A stretch of 64,000 nucleotides of DNA, from NCBI GenBank assembly GCA_965235115.1, contig OZ249447.1:7564001-7628000 (forward strand), written 5' to 3'. Shown here in pieces: positions 13,394 to 26,118 of the stretch (positions are counted from its first letter, which is position 1; each line of letters starts with the position of its first letter). Origin of the DNA: Laetmonice hystrix (taxonomy: Eukaryota). A model generated the notes under the pieces. It had not been told where the DNA came from. It saw only the letters and a program-made list of their open reading frames with translations, and made no database searches. Position numbers and translations under genes: made by a program.

Positions 13394-14328
13394 CATGTGG
13401 TGTTGTTTACTGACCATGCAGATCTATTCCATTTTACAGGGTATAGAATTCCTCTATCTTCTCATCAGTGTTTTAATTAATGTGTTCTGTAGAACTGTCG
13501 GGCTCACTTCATCGTCGTACTGATTAGTATTACGTCACAGTATTCTCACTTGACGGTTGGAATGATCATCCTAGGTAAGTAGACCTAATCAGCTAACAAG
13601 CCTGGGTACAGGCTTGTTATCACGATGCTCCGTTAATACCTAATGTTTCCCAACACTCCAAAAATCCTCTCCCTGCCCTGATCAGCACTTAGGAATGTTT
13701 TTTGCCTCCATGTAGTCGGGGGGAGGGATAACGAAACGCGCCACTGTGAGGCAATCCCATAACCTTTCGGGAAATGGCAATGGTTTCTTTAAAGGGGCAT
13801 GCTATGGAACACGTTTTGGAGGATTTCCGGCAATTATCCAACTTGACTGTGTACTAGGGATCCAAGTAAATAATCCTACCACAGCATTTTGTCCTCCGAT
13901 GTGTTTTCGCTGCGTATGCAGCACAAGTAGGTTCTATACGACCAAACGCATAGATTTCTCCCGATAGCACATCTCCCGCCATAATTTGGTAGACAACCCC
14001 CCCACCAACCCGTGTAATCGCGTACTGCGTCACATCCTGCGTGTGCACTCTCTGCATGTGTTTAGTTAGTGCTTCGCTTAGTTGTAAACAATTCAGCAGT
14101 TGCACTCGATCGTTCGGCATCAGAATGCCACCCAAAAAATATTTTACGAAATCGGCAGAGAAGCGGGCAAGGGAGCCTCATAAACTTCGATTTCTCACGC
14201 AAAATGAAACTGATAAGTTTGCCTTTGTTTACCAAGCAATTTTAATGAAGGATCTCTTTATGAAAACAGCAAAAGTTCTTTGAAATACCGATTTTTCACG
14301 TTTCCTCATAATATGCCCCTTTAAATAT

Positions 14329-14444
14329 GTTGTGGAGCACTGGGACTGGTCAGTTGTGGAGCACTGGGGAGGGTCAGTTGTGGAGCACTGGGGAGGGTCA
14401 GTTGTGGAGCACTGGGGAGGGTCAGTTGTGGAGCACTGGGTCAG
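14329..14444. repeat. 24-bp tandem repeat, ~4.7 copies
   Basis: Unit gttgtggagcactggggagggtca. Confidence 0.9.
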
Positions 14445-14616
14445 TGCATAAGAGAAATGTATAGAGTGGTAGGATCCAAATCCATCTTTCAGTTTGCCAC
14501 GCAGATGATACAATCTGATACTCGACCACTTCCCCACACCAGCCCTCGCCCATTCGTCGCCTCTCACGAAGAGCCTGTGGCAGAGTTGAGGATTATTTTA
14601 ACTGTTATTTCCTCAG

Positions 14617-17600
14617 ATGACGAAGCGCCATCGGTGTGGGTTGATGGGAGGGTGAAGAACAAAGTGACTGACGAGATTGACAGTCTGACTGTGTCGTGTG
14701 GAGTGTTGTCTAGGTTTACCGCTAACCTCGATACAAACGTCAACTGTGACGACAGACGCACGTATCTCTGTGAGGACGATACCTGTGAGTAAGAATAGGA
14801 TTTCTCCGCCAGGTGACATTGCCATCACCCTATAGGTAGCGTTACTATCGCAACATAAGCACCTTCTTAAATAGAATAAATCCCATTATTGCATAATGTC
14901 TCATATATCTATGTAACTGGTATCTATGTCTACTATAGAGAGATAGTTGCTTTCATTTCGTTTTTAGATCTGATTATGTAATATTATTGATTATGTAATA
15001 TTATATATTACATAATCATGTCTTGAAGCGAAGAGGTGACTGACACTTAAATTTAATAGGCCCAAACAGTAGGCTGTCACGAGCTCTGATAGGCCTGTTT
15101 TTGGTTTTGTCTTTACATATTTGCAGGTCACGAGCTCCGATAGGCCTGTTATAGGTTTTGTCTTCACACATTTGCAGGTCACGAGCTCTGATAGGCCTGT
15201 TACAGGTGTTGTCTTTACATATTTGCAGGTCACAAGCTCTGATAGGCCTGTTACAGGTTTTGTCTTTACATATTTGCAGGTCACGAGCTCTGATAGGCCT
15301 GTTTTTGGTTTTGTCTTTACATATTTGCGGGTCACGAGCTCTGATAGGCCTGTTTTTGGTTTTGTCTTTACATATTTGCAGGTCACGAGCTCCGATAGGC
15401 CTGTTACAGGTGTTGTCTTTACATATTTGCAGGTCACGAGCTCTGATAGGCCTGTTATAGGTTTTGTCTTTACATATTTGCAGGTCACGAGCTCCGATAG
15501 GCCTGTTACAGGTTTTGTCTTTACATATTTGCAGGTCACGAGCTCTGATAGGCCTGTTTTTGGTTTTGTCTTTACATATTTGCAGGTCACGAGCTCCGAT
15601 AGGCCTGTTACAGGTTTTGTCTTTACATATTTGCAGGTCACGAGCTCTGATAGGCCTGTTACAGGTGTTGTCTTTACATATTTGCAGGTCACGAGCTCCG
15701 ATAGGCCTGTTACAGGTTTTGTCTTTACATATTTGCAGGTCACGAGCTCTGATAGGCCTGTTACAGGTTTTGTCTTTACATATTTGCAGGTCACGAGCTC
15801 CGATAGGCCTGTTACAGGTTTTGTCTTTACATATTTGCAGACGATAATTGTATTCGCGAACTTCCTGACTGGACATGGGTAGGCGGACATTGTATCATTC
15901 AGGACGGAGTTCCTCTTCCTGATCGCTTGAATTGGACTCAAGCTTGTTCGGAATGCGAAAAGAACGGATATCATTTGGTGTCCTTAGAAGACAATTACAA
16001 CAAATTAGCCTTCCGAACAGCACTACCAAATGACATAGCGAACCCTTGGATCGGACTCGTCAAAGCCAGAAATAGTAGGTTGGATTAGCTACCCACATTC
16101 AGGGACCGCAGAACAGTTTCGACAGTCGGGGGGGGGGTGCAGTTTGGGATGAGCCTGGAAACTACTGGAGATTGTTTTTACTTGTATTGAAAAAAGGCTT
16201 TCAGAAAAAAAGGGGGGGGGGGGGGCTGAGCTGCTGAGGCAGTTGAGGGTGGGTATTTCTTTATGTATTTTTTCATGTATGGCGCTATCCATGCCCCCCC
16301 CTATATAATATATAGCTATAGGTCGATTAGGCCTATATACACGTTCTAAACTAAACATGTGTTTTGTGTAGACATGTGCTTTAAAAAAGCTTTTATTATA
16401 TAACTGTGTGTTACGTCAAGGCAATGTTTAAGCCTACTGGCGGGATTAATATATTTCATTACAGAATGTGATAAGGGTTATATCGGTTGTAGTGGCTGTT
16501 TCGGTAAGTTTTTCTTGAGTCGCTCTTTCAAGGTTGAGGAACTCTCATATATCCAATGTAAAGTATTTGATCAATTATTTGTATAAACACACTGCTATCA
16601 GATCCCATACACTCGTTTACTTGACGTATTTCTCGCCATTATTCTGTTGCATTACTGATCATTCCTGTCTTTCCTATAGATATTGATGAATGTAAATACT
16701 GATCATTCCTGTCTTTCCTATAGATATTGATGAATGTAAATACTGATCATTCCTGTCTTTCCTATAGATATTGATGAATGTAAATACTGATCATTCCTGT
16801 CTTTCCTATAGATATTGATGAATGTAAACTAAAGCAAGCAAAATGTGCCTATGAAGCCAAATGTGTCAATATCAAAGGGAGTTACGTTTGTGATAGTAAG
16901 TTTATCAAATTATTTCAAAACTTTATAGATTGACCATACTATTGAAATATATTCAAACGGGGGGTGGGGGGGATTTAATTGTTATATAAGGTGCTCACTA
17001 GACGCTGACAGTACGCAAGATGGGCTGCAGGCAGTTATGACGTAACAATGGATTATTACGATCACAGTATCTATAATGATTACAATCGATAGGCGTAGTT
17101 GGCTATACTCATCATGATACAACAATGATTAAAACATCATTTTGATACCAGTTATGACGTAACAATGGATTATTACAATCACAGTATCTATAATGATTAC
17201 AATCGATAGGCGTAGTTGGCTATACTCATCATGATACAACAATGATTAAAACATGATTTTGATACCAGTTATGACGTAACAATGGATTATTACGATCACA
17301 GTATCTATAATGATTACAATCGATAGGCGTAGTTGGCTATACTCATCATGATACAACAATGATTAAAACATGATTTTGATACCAGTTATGACGTAACAAT
17401 GGATTATTACGATCACAGTATCTATAATGATTACAATCGATAGGCGTAGTTGGCTATACTCATCATGATACAACAATGATTAAAACATCATTTTGATACC
17501 AGTTATGACGTAACAATGGATTATTACGATCACAGTATCTATAATGATTACAATCGATAGGCGTAGTTGGCTCTACTCATCATGATACAACAATGATTAA

Positions 17601-20600
17601 AACATCATTTTGATACCAGTTATTTGTTCATTTTGACAGTAAACGAGTGTTACTCACAGCCTTGTCCGAATGATACAACATGTATCGATACAGTGGAATC
17701 GTTCGAGTGTGTTTGTGACGGCATTGTCGACAAGGATGTTTGTGATGGTTTGCTTTCATGTACTCATATATCATCTCACAAAATCCTGCGATTCACAAGA
17801 AATTGAACCCGAACAATTACGATCTCTTTGCAAGCTTAAATTGAAATAGATTCTTGCGCATACATCTCAAACTTTTGTTCATCAAAATTTGATAGTAGGC
17901 CTACGATTTATAAAGTGAGAATGCAGCCGTAAGAAATACAAGACTTCGCCCTCTTGGTTTTAAATGAGATAATATTCCTTATGGTTGATGATTTACTTTA
18001 ATTTCAGCTCCAATCTCATGCAACAAAGAAAATGGAGGTTGCCAACAGAAATGTGACGATTTAGCAGGAAAGGTTATCTGTTCGTGTAAGAAAGGGTACA
18101 AACTAAATGCCGACAGTCGCACCTGTTCAGGTAAAGCAGTATACCAAACGTATAGGTCGTTCTATATATAAACCTAATGTTTTCAATATGTGCCACCAAA
18201 ATAAGTGAAACATGAAACAATAAGTGGACGGAGGCGGGTATAGGAAGGAGTACAGTGTAGTAAGACCTAATTATTTGTATGTGTTTTATATGTAGATGTG
18301 CCGCCGACATGCGCAGTTGATAACGGCGGTTGCGGGCATTTCGCTCTCTGTAAGCCTGCTGACGTCACCAAGGGGGCAGTGACATGTCAATGTCCAGACG
18401 GATTCCTTCTCCAGGACGACAGATGTGTCGGTGAGTAAAACGATCCACTGGAAATACGTGGTGGTGTTGTGGTGGTGGTGATGGTGGGGGGGGGGGGGGG
18501 GCGCATATCGTGTACCATGACCAGACGCAGCTAAACATTATCAGAATGCGGAACGAGATCCCAAGAAGAACTTATAGCATTACAGCATGATCTATTTCTT
18601 TCATATTAAAAAGGGCACACTATAAGCGTAGCTACATCCCGACATGACCATTATTGAGACTTACTGGAATAGGTCACAACCTTGACTGAGAAATCGTAAC
18701 GTCAAGTTTGCCAAGTATAAATGTCTGAATCTTACAGATGACAATGAATGCGAGGATGACGTTTGCGACAAACTGCCATGTCTCAATACGTTCTGAGAAA
18801 TCGTAATGTTAAGTTTACCAAGTTACGTTTATGTCTGAATCTTACAGATGACAATGAATGCGAGGATGACGTTTGCGACAAACTGCCATGTCTCAATACG
18901 TTCGGCTCTTTCCAATGTGTTTGTCCGATTGGGCAAACATGGGACGGAGAGTCGTGCAATGGTGAATCATTGAATCTTTTTACAATACACATAATAATAT
19001 TATGTTCATATACATGTACAGGTGAAATTGCTTACATACAATATGGATTACATTTAGACAAGGCATCCCTATATGAATATCATTAATCCATGATACATTC
19101 GTTAAAAGATCAAGGATTTATTTGATTTGATGCTGATGACATACTATCCTATAATCGAGTTTATGTTTTATTCCTGACGACTCAGCTCGCTCGTTGTGTG
19201 CCGTTGTTTCAGGTACTACTCCACAGGACTGCTTGGTTTCAAACGGTGGCTGTGAGGACGAGTGTCTAGGATCATACGGACCATGCTCCTGTAGCTCGAA
19301 TGGGCTTACCCTATCAGACAATGGTCTTTCATGTGTCGGTATGTACAGAACCTATACCTCTTCATATATCAATACATAAGATCATGTATGCACCATGTGT
19401 CGGTATGTACAGAACCTATACCTAATATCATGTATGCAATCATATGTGGAGCCCAATTAATGCGGTGTTTCATGTATCAACCAGATATCGATGAGTGTGC
19501 CACACAACCTTGTCCAGACGGCGTGTATTGTTTGAATACTTACGGGTCGCATAAATGTGTTTGTCCTATTGGTAGCGTATGGACTGGTTCAAACTGCAGT
19601 GGTGAGTATGGCACAAAAACACACACACACAAAAAAAACAACAACAAAAAACACCAGCACATGTATTAATAGATGTATTAATAATAAACAAGGGACTACA
19701 TTTTTAGGGCAGACCACTCTCACAAATTTGGTAGAAGCTGTGCATAAAGTTCTCTCGATATTTCCTGTATAGCCGACATATTGAGGTGCAGCATCGCTAA
19801 CGGTGGATGCTCCCAGATCTGTGAGGAGTCCCATACCTCTGGAAGACCAGTGGTCAGCTGCAGGTGTTACCCTGGGTTCAGTCTGAGAGACGGCGTGTGC
19901 CGCGGTAGGTCGCTATCATCGTTTTTAGCTCTCCTCAACAAACTAATTCATGCATTCAAAGACCAATTTGGTGTATTTAATTCTCTGAGGTGTGTGTGTA
20001 TACTTGCATGCAGACATAGACGAATGTCTTCCTGACACGTGTTTCCCGTACGGATGTATCAACACCTGGGGGTCGTTCAAGTGTGTCTGTCCTGCTACCC
20101 GTGTATGGAACGGACAGGCTTGTGTCGGTGGGTTCAGTATACAGAAATATTCATTCTACCAATGTCAAGTACAGAAAGCTCTTTGTATATATAAATCTAG
20201 AGGTAACTACTGTAAAGTAGCTAGTTTATTCACCACGTGGCAGTTATACCAGCGAAATATGAGTGCGATTATCAAGCGCCATGGTTGAGTGGACACGGGC
20301 GAGTCCCAACGACGACCACCACCACAGAAGTGGTGGCACCTCTATTGGGATCGCTCGTGACTTCCTACCAATACCGCCACTCTCTTGTGCACCTCATCAA
20401 CATCGGTGGACCTCAACACCTGGGTTGACACCCTCTGGTCTTGGCCCACCTCGCGTCACGAGGCGACATGTCGCTTTAATCTTAGGCGACTGAGAAGCGT
20501 GTACACATTGACCACCCCTTGTCACGACTCATAGCGTGAAGTAGACTACTTGTACAGCTTGATAGAACACCTTGGCCCTCGGCGTATAATCTGCATGGGA

Positions 20601-23600
20601 TCATTCGTGGGCCGTGGTCTATCCCTTACATAAACGACCTCTGCTTTTAATCATTATTCCAAGTGGCAAACCTTTTCTTACAAGTGCTGTGTCAAGAACA
20701 GTAGCTGTATATTTCATTTCAAATTTAATTTGAGCTACTAGTATATTACTGTTACTTTCTCAAACACGTGTCTAAAAGTCGATGTCTCATTTTATTGAAG
20801 AGAAGAAAAACTGAACAGATTATCTATAATGATTTTATCGATGTTAAAACTGGTATACGATAGATGCCAAACGAGTGTGTGCTGTGAACAATGGTGGATG
20901 TGCCCAGAGTTGTTCTAGTGGAGAGTGTAGTTGTGGACCGGGCCTGGAACTCTCAGCCGACTCAACCAGCTGTGTCGGTACGTAAATTGGTCAGTCACCC
21001 TTCTCACCCCCACCCCGACCCCCTGTTATAGCCAGACACCGGTACGTAAACTGGCCAGTCACCCTACTCACCCCCACCCCGACCCCCTGTTATAGCCAGA
21101 CACCGGTACGTAACCTGGCCAGTCACCCTACTCACCCCCACCCCGACCCCCTGTTATAGCCAGACACCGGTACGTAACCTGGCCAGTCACCCTACTCACC
21201 CCCACCCCGACCCCCTGTTATAGCCGGACACCGGTACGTAACCTGGCCAGTCACCCTACTCACCCCCACCCCGACCCCCTGTTATAGCCAGACACCGGTA
21301 CGTAACCTGGCCAGTCACCCTACTCACCCCCACCCCGACCCCCTGTTATAGCCAGACACCGGTACGTAAACCGGCCAGCCACCCTACTCACCCCCACCCC
21401 GACCCCCTGTTATAGCCAGACATCCCTCCTTCAACCCCCCCCCCCTCCAAAGTCCTGGATACTGAACTGCTCGTGCTGTCTCTTCATTGCGTGATGGAAT
21501 GTTTTGTGAAGCTATACCTCGTACCGTAGGCCTGTATACTATGTCAGTGAACCAAGTGTTTAACATACTCAGACTATTAAGTACCACTAATGGTAGGATA
21601 TCACATGCAGAGATTTGTTGTAACCAAACGTGTCATTTTTGACTTACTGGTATAGACACGGACGAATGTAGTACCAGTGACCCATGCGGTAGCCTCAACT
21701 GTATCAACACGCTTGGGTCCTTCATCTGCCAATGTCCTGTGGGAACGGTCTGGGATGGAAAATCCTGCGTGCGTGAGTGTTATATATTTATAAATGTATT
21801 GACATTTTATTATCCCGTTTCCCTCCGTATTGGCTACCACACAACAAGTGTCAGGAACAAACAATGATCTCTTGTTTTCGGGAAGTTTGATGAAGCAGTG
21901 GATTGAAATTTTAGCTTTTGTTGTGGGATGGAAAATCTTCGACCGTTTCCCACAGAGCGGTCTGTAGGTATGGTAGGGAGGTTTCAGAAAGGAAATACTT
22001 CCCATAATCCGTTCTTGTGGTTTCCCTATTGTTCAAAGCACATGAATTATCATTTTAGTGACGAACATCTTTCGGTTTATATTATCATTCAGATGTAATT
22101 CGGGATTGCGACAAAAAGAACGGAGGTTGTGATTACAACTGTGATAATGGCCAATGTTCGTGCCCGGTTGGACTTCTACTGTCTGACAATGAGCAAAGCT
22201 GCATTGGTAGGTGTCATCTTATACAAATAAGGGGCAGAGTATTTGATATAAGGGAGGGGGCATATTTTTCCTTCTATGCAATCTATTTTGTTTACTTCCA
22301 AACCAATAAAGAACTTTATTTCCCTTCTACATATTTTATTTTTACATGCATGTGTGGTGAGATAAACCATCTGCTGTTTTCGTTTAAAACGTTTAAATGA
22401 GATATTAGCTGTGCCTTCCGTTGTCCCGAGAAGATGTTACTGTGAGGTTGACCTTCCAGATAAAGATGAATGTGCTGATGCCGGGGGGCAGGCCTCCTGT
22501 GGTTTTCCGTTTATCTGTGTCAATACGTTTGGCAGCTTCAACTGTATCTGCCCGCGTGGATTCGGTTTTGACGCTCAAACCTGCACCCGCAAGTATCTCT
22601 ACAACCATTTAGATAATCATGATTCGTGTAATTTGGCATTCTTGTAGGGCTCACAGCTATATTTAACAGTGAATATTCAGGATATTTTTATTCTTGCAAT
22701 GTACTTAGGTATATTATTTGTGTTCCTCTAAATTTATACTTGAAAGAATTAAATCTAATGAGGATATTGCTTGTACATTGTACTAGAACATATCTATGTG
22801 CTATCAGAGGAACATAATGATAGAATTCTCATATTATTTCATTGACACCTACACAATTATGTAACAGTTATATATTTCTTAATTGTTGACACCTCAGGTA
22901 ACTGTAGCATAGCCAATGGGAACTGCCAGTATACGTGTGAAGATGGGGAGTGCAGCTGTCCTGATGGTCTGGCTTTATCCGCCGACGGACAGACTTGTGT
23001 GGGTATGTATATAAAACCCTATAAGATCTACAGTATTGGACATAAGATATAGGTTTATCATATTCGTCATAAACTCTTCCTATAAGTTTATCATATTCGT
23101 CATAAACTCTTCCTATAGGTTTATCATATTCGTCATAAACTCTTCCTAAAGGTTTATCATATTCATCATAAACTCTTCCTAACTATGATATAAAGAGTTG
23201 ATGAATCAGTCCAGGTCGGCCTAGCATATAGTGGCCAGACTGCTTGATTCAGAAATAGGGGCATAACTTCTGTTCTCTTTTCAGATATCGATGAATGTGT
23301 TTTGAACACAGATGACTGCCCTTTCAACCGACCGTGTGAAAACACATTGGGATCGTTTGAGTGTAGAACCAAATGTCCAGGGAAGGCAATTGGATGCAGA
23401 ACGGACTTTGGTAAGATCTTTTCACATCGTTTGAGTGTAGAACCAAATGTCCAGGGAAGGCCATTGGATGCAGAACGGACTTTGGTAAGATCTTTTCACA
23501 TCGTTTGAGTGTAGAACCAAATGTCCAGGGAAGGTCATTGAATGTAGAACGGACTTTGGTAAGATCTTTTCACATCGTTTGAGTGTAGAACTAAATGTCC

Positions 23601-26118
23601 AGGGAAGGCCATTGGATGCAGAACGGACTTTGATAAGATCTTTTCACATCGTTTGAGTGTAGAACCAAATGTCCAGGGAAGGCCATTGGATGCAGAACGG
23701 ACTTTGGTAAGATCTTTTCACATCGTTTGAGTGTATAACTAAATGTCCAGGGAAGGCCATTGGATGCAGAACGGACTTTGGTAAGATCTTTTCACATCGT
23801 TTCAGTGTATAACTAAATGTCCAGGGAAGGCCATTGGATGCAGAACGGACTTTGGTAAGATCTTTTCACATCGTTTTAGTAAAGAACTAAATGTCCAGGG
23901 AAGGCCATTGAATGCAGAATGGACTTTGGTAAGATCTTTTCACATCGTTTGGGTGTAAAACTAAATGTCCAGGGAATACTTTGGTAAGATCTTTTCACAT
24001 CGTTTCACATAATATTACATTCGTGATTATTGATCACACATTCCTTCAGACCTGACTTTTTGATGATTTCAGTTCTCGGTCATTGCGAGTTCGCCTTCAC
24101 CGTCCCGGGTTGTGCATACACAGAGGACATGAACATCAAGCAGAGTGCTGAATATTTGAAAAATTACAAATTCATCAAAGCCTCGGTAAACTTATATCTT
24201 ATACAAGTTATATACCCCCCGGTACGTCAAACATAGATGGTTTACACATACTTACTTAATTCACAGATCTACATACATACATACACTCATGGTTATACTG
24301 AAGATATACTACCTCATGTGAGGGTCAGAGGGCGAGCTTTCTTGAGGTAAAGCCATGCCTGGGTCAGAGGGCGAGCTTTCTTTAGGTAAAGCCATGCCTG
24401 GGTTAGAGGGCGAGCTTTCTTTAGGTAAAGACATTCCTGATGCCTCTCCCGCGTAATGCTTTCAGTATATCAACCCAGTACAGGAGCTTCATGCGTTGGG
24501 TCTGCAAGAGGTTGATGTTACCTTTGCGTAAGTTGCTCCCTGTGACCTCAGGTGGTTATGGTATTTGAGATATTAGAATTATAATAGAATAATAGCAGCT
24601 TCAAACGTTCAAATAGCATACAGACAGGGGGAGTAGAGGGAGGCGGAAATAGAGCTCGAACAAGTCAAAGTGGCCCGTGTGAGGGTGTCAGTAATCGGGG
24701 GGGGGGGGGGGTGCGTATCTGACAAATTATGATGCTTTCAATATAGTTGTGTTAACCGGGATAGTGATTTTATACGTCAACAGGCCTGGTCTTGAGATTC
24801 GGGTGAATCTGGGGTTTTTCTCCACACTCACGTACGGGCGACAAAACCAGATTGGGAGGGCAATATGGAAGGCGATCCAAGCGCGCAAGTCCAGGTTCAT
24901 GTGTGGGGATGTCGCCCATATTATCGTGAACCCTATTGTGGTATTAAAACATTCTTCCCCAGTGCCAATCCGTAAGTAGGCCTATAGTAAAAGCTCTTTA
25001 ATATACATTGTAGTACATATGGATTTGTGCAATCGAATTTTCTTTCTTTATTTCGTTTTAGCATAGATCTTGCCATTCGGGCACCATTCAGGCACCATTC
25101 AGGCTGGTTATAATTTTAAAATATCATTATAATGTGTTATTTTATATGATATTTCTCAGCGGTAGATTCCGAGTGTTTCCTGTACAAGGTTTTAAAGTTA
25201 TGTCCAAGCTTACCATCTGGAGACAAAAACTGTCGGGAAATAGAAGATGAGATTGGGAAACATTATCCTGTATGTGTGTAAGTACCTCGCCAACATCCCA
25301 TGAGGTCTGCAATACCGTGAGAATTATTTTGAAGCTTTTATTGGTGCTAAACGTAACCAAAGTCTAACAGAATAAAGATATGAAAGAACGTTAATCATCA
25401 TGGTCCAACAGGACAAGTTACGGATGTTTCATGTGTAACCAAGCGTGTGACCAAGCGAGATACACATTTTGATACACATTTTTTCTTCTTCCCTTTGCCT
25501 TCCCGAAGGTGTCCTGTCGGGTTTTATGGTGAGCGATGCCAGTTCAAACTTCCCGATCTGCAGCCACCAGGAGATGGTCACAAAACCTCGCCACGTTTGT
25601 CTGAGGCGGAGCTTGGGTTAACCGTCGGGTTGGTTATTTGTGGACTTTTGTTTGTCGTGCTCGGATGTCTCCTCTGTTTGACGTGCAGGAGACAGAGTGT
25701 GACGCCTGCAGATAAAGTCACACGCTTGGTTACTTATCATGATACTTCAGAGTTCATACACAGGTTGGTAAAATACAATATCTGTAGGTCCTATAGCTGA
25801 ACAGTTGTGAATAAGGTTACGATGATACAGCAGAATTTGGCATATTGAGTCAATCTAAATGCTCTTGCCATGATTAATCAATCATCATTCAATCAATCAA
25901 GTTTATTTCTATGAAAAGAAAGCGTACAGATGCATTAACCTCGTTGAAATACATTAGGGATAGGAAGCATAATATTGCTTATGAAGTCCCTGATGATGAA
26001 ATTACATTTAATAATTTACATATTTTCAGAACGTTCACAATGATATTATCATGAACGTGCCATTACTTGTTTTCAGACAGATTCCCGCGGTGAAGTGTAT
26101 CCCATCGTACCGAACTAA
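14617..26118 (+). CDS. Type I membrane protein: C-type lectin half-domains, EGF/cbEGF array, SEA-like region, EGF, TM and short cytoplasmic tail (5' end unresolved)
   Basis: Phase-1 exons: 14617-14784, 15841-16074, 16465-16503, 16812-16895, 17640-17747, 18008-18130, 18296-18430, 18848-18961, 19213-19338, 19485-19601, 19773-19904, 20014-20127, 20864-20977, 21656-21772, 22093-22206, 22460-22588 (GC donor), 22898-23002, 23285-23410. SEA-like exons: 24073-24185, 24466-24527, 24784-24971. EGF: 25160-25277 joined to 25509 onward ([12 protein letters not shown]). TM: [23 protein letters not shown]; the donor after the TM exon is uncertain. The last exon ends ..[12 protein letters not shown] at 26118, with AATAAA near 26318. 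Motifs DIDEC/CxNxxGSF and C..NGGC recur. Confidence 0.85.
15076..15840 (+). repeat. 51-bp minisatellite, 15 copies, each ending in a 3' splice-site motif
   Basis: Unit gtcacgagctccgataggcctgttacaggttttgtctttacatatttgcag. The last copy is the real acceptor of exon 15841. Confidence 0.95.
16653..16828 (+). repeat. 44-bp tandem repeat, 4 copies, containing a branch-like motif, acceptor and exon start
   Basis: Unit tactgatcattcctgtctttcctatag|atattgatgaatgtaaa, with AG acceptors at 16679, 16723, 16767 and 16811. Confidence 0.95.
17032..17623. repeat. 117-bp tandem repeat, 5 copies, intronic
   Basis: cagttatgacgtaac... starts at 17032, 17149, 17266, 17383 and 17500, and ends 16 nt before the acceptor at 17639. 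Confidence 0.95.
18686..18903 (+). repeat. ~110-bp tandem duplication of an acceptor plus the first half of a cbEGF exon
   Basis: cttacag|atgacaatgaatgcgagg...aatacgttc occurs at 18738 and 18848. The upstream copy ends in TTC TGA. Confidence 0.9.
20225..20617 (+). mobile_element. Dispersed repeat, copy 1 (intronic); class unknown, possibly solo-LTR-like
   Basis: About 400 bp with clear reverse-complement similarity to 40138-40530, for example gagtcccaacgacgaccaccaccacagaagtggtggc and cacctgggttgacaccctct. Confidence 0.75.
20977..21422 (+). repeat. 64-bp minisatellite, 7 copies, each recreating a g|gtacgt donor
   Basis: Units start at 20977, 21041, 21105, 21169, 21233, 21297 and 21361. The plus strand is C-rich. 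Confidence 0.95.
23052..23183. repeat. 33-bp tandem repeat, ~4 copies
   Basis: Unit ggtttatcatattcgtcataaactcttcctata. Confidence 0.9.
23353..24008 (+). repeat. 74-bp minisatellite, ~9 copies, made of 58 nt of exon plus the donor
   Basis: Unit tcgtttgagtgtagaaccaaatgtccagggaaggccattggatgcagaacggactttg|gtaagatcttttcaca. The true exon end is at 23410. Confidence 0.95.
24322..24430. repeat. 39-bp tandem repeat, ~3 copies
   Basis: Unit gggtcagagggcgagctttctttaggtaaagccatgcct. Confidence 0.85.

Noticed and set aside
10168-13574. Candidate extra 5' exons of the lectin gene (about 10168-10310, 12150-12184, 12778-12814, 13493-13574)
   Set aside because: Each has an open frame and plausible splice signals, but the phases do not chain convincingly and lectin similarity is marginal, so they were not annotated as features.
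14991-15974. Overlapping 250-330 aa ORFs in several frames
   Set aside because: A product of the 51-bp acceptor array. The true coding exon starts at 15841.
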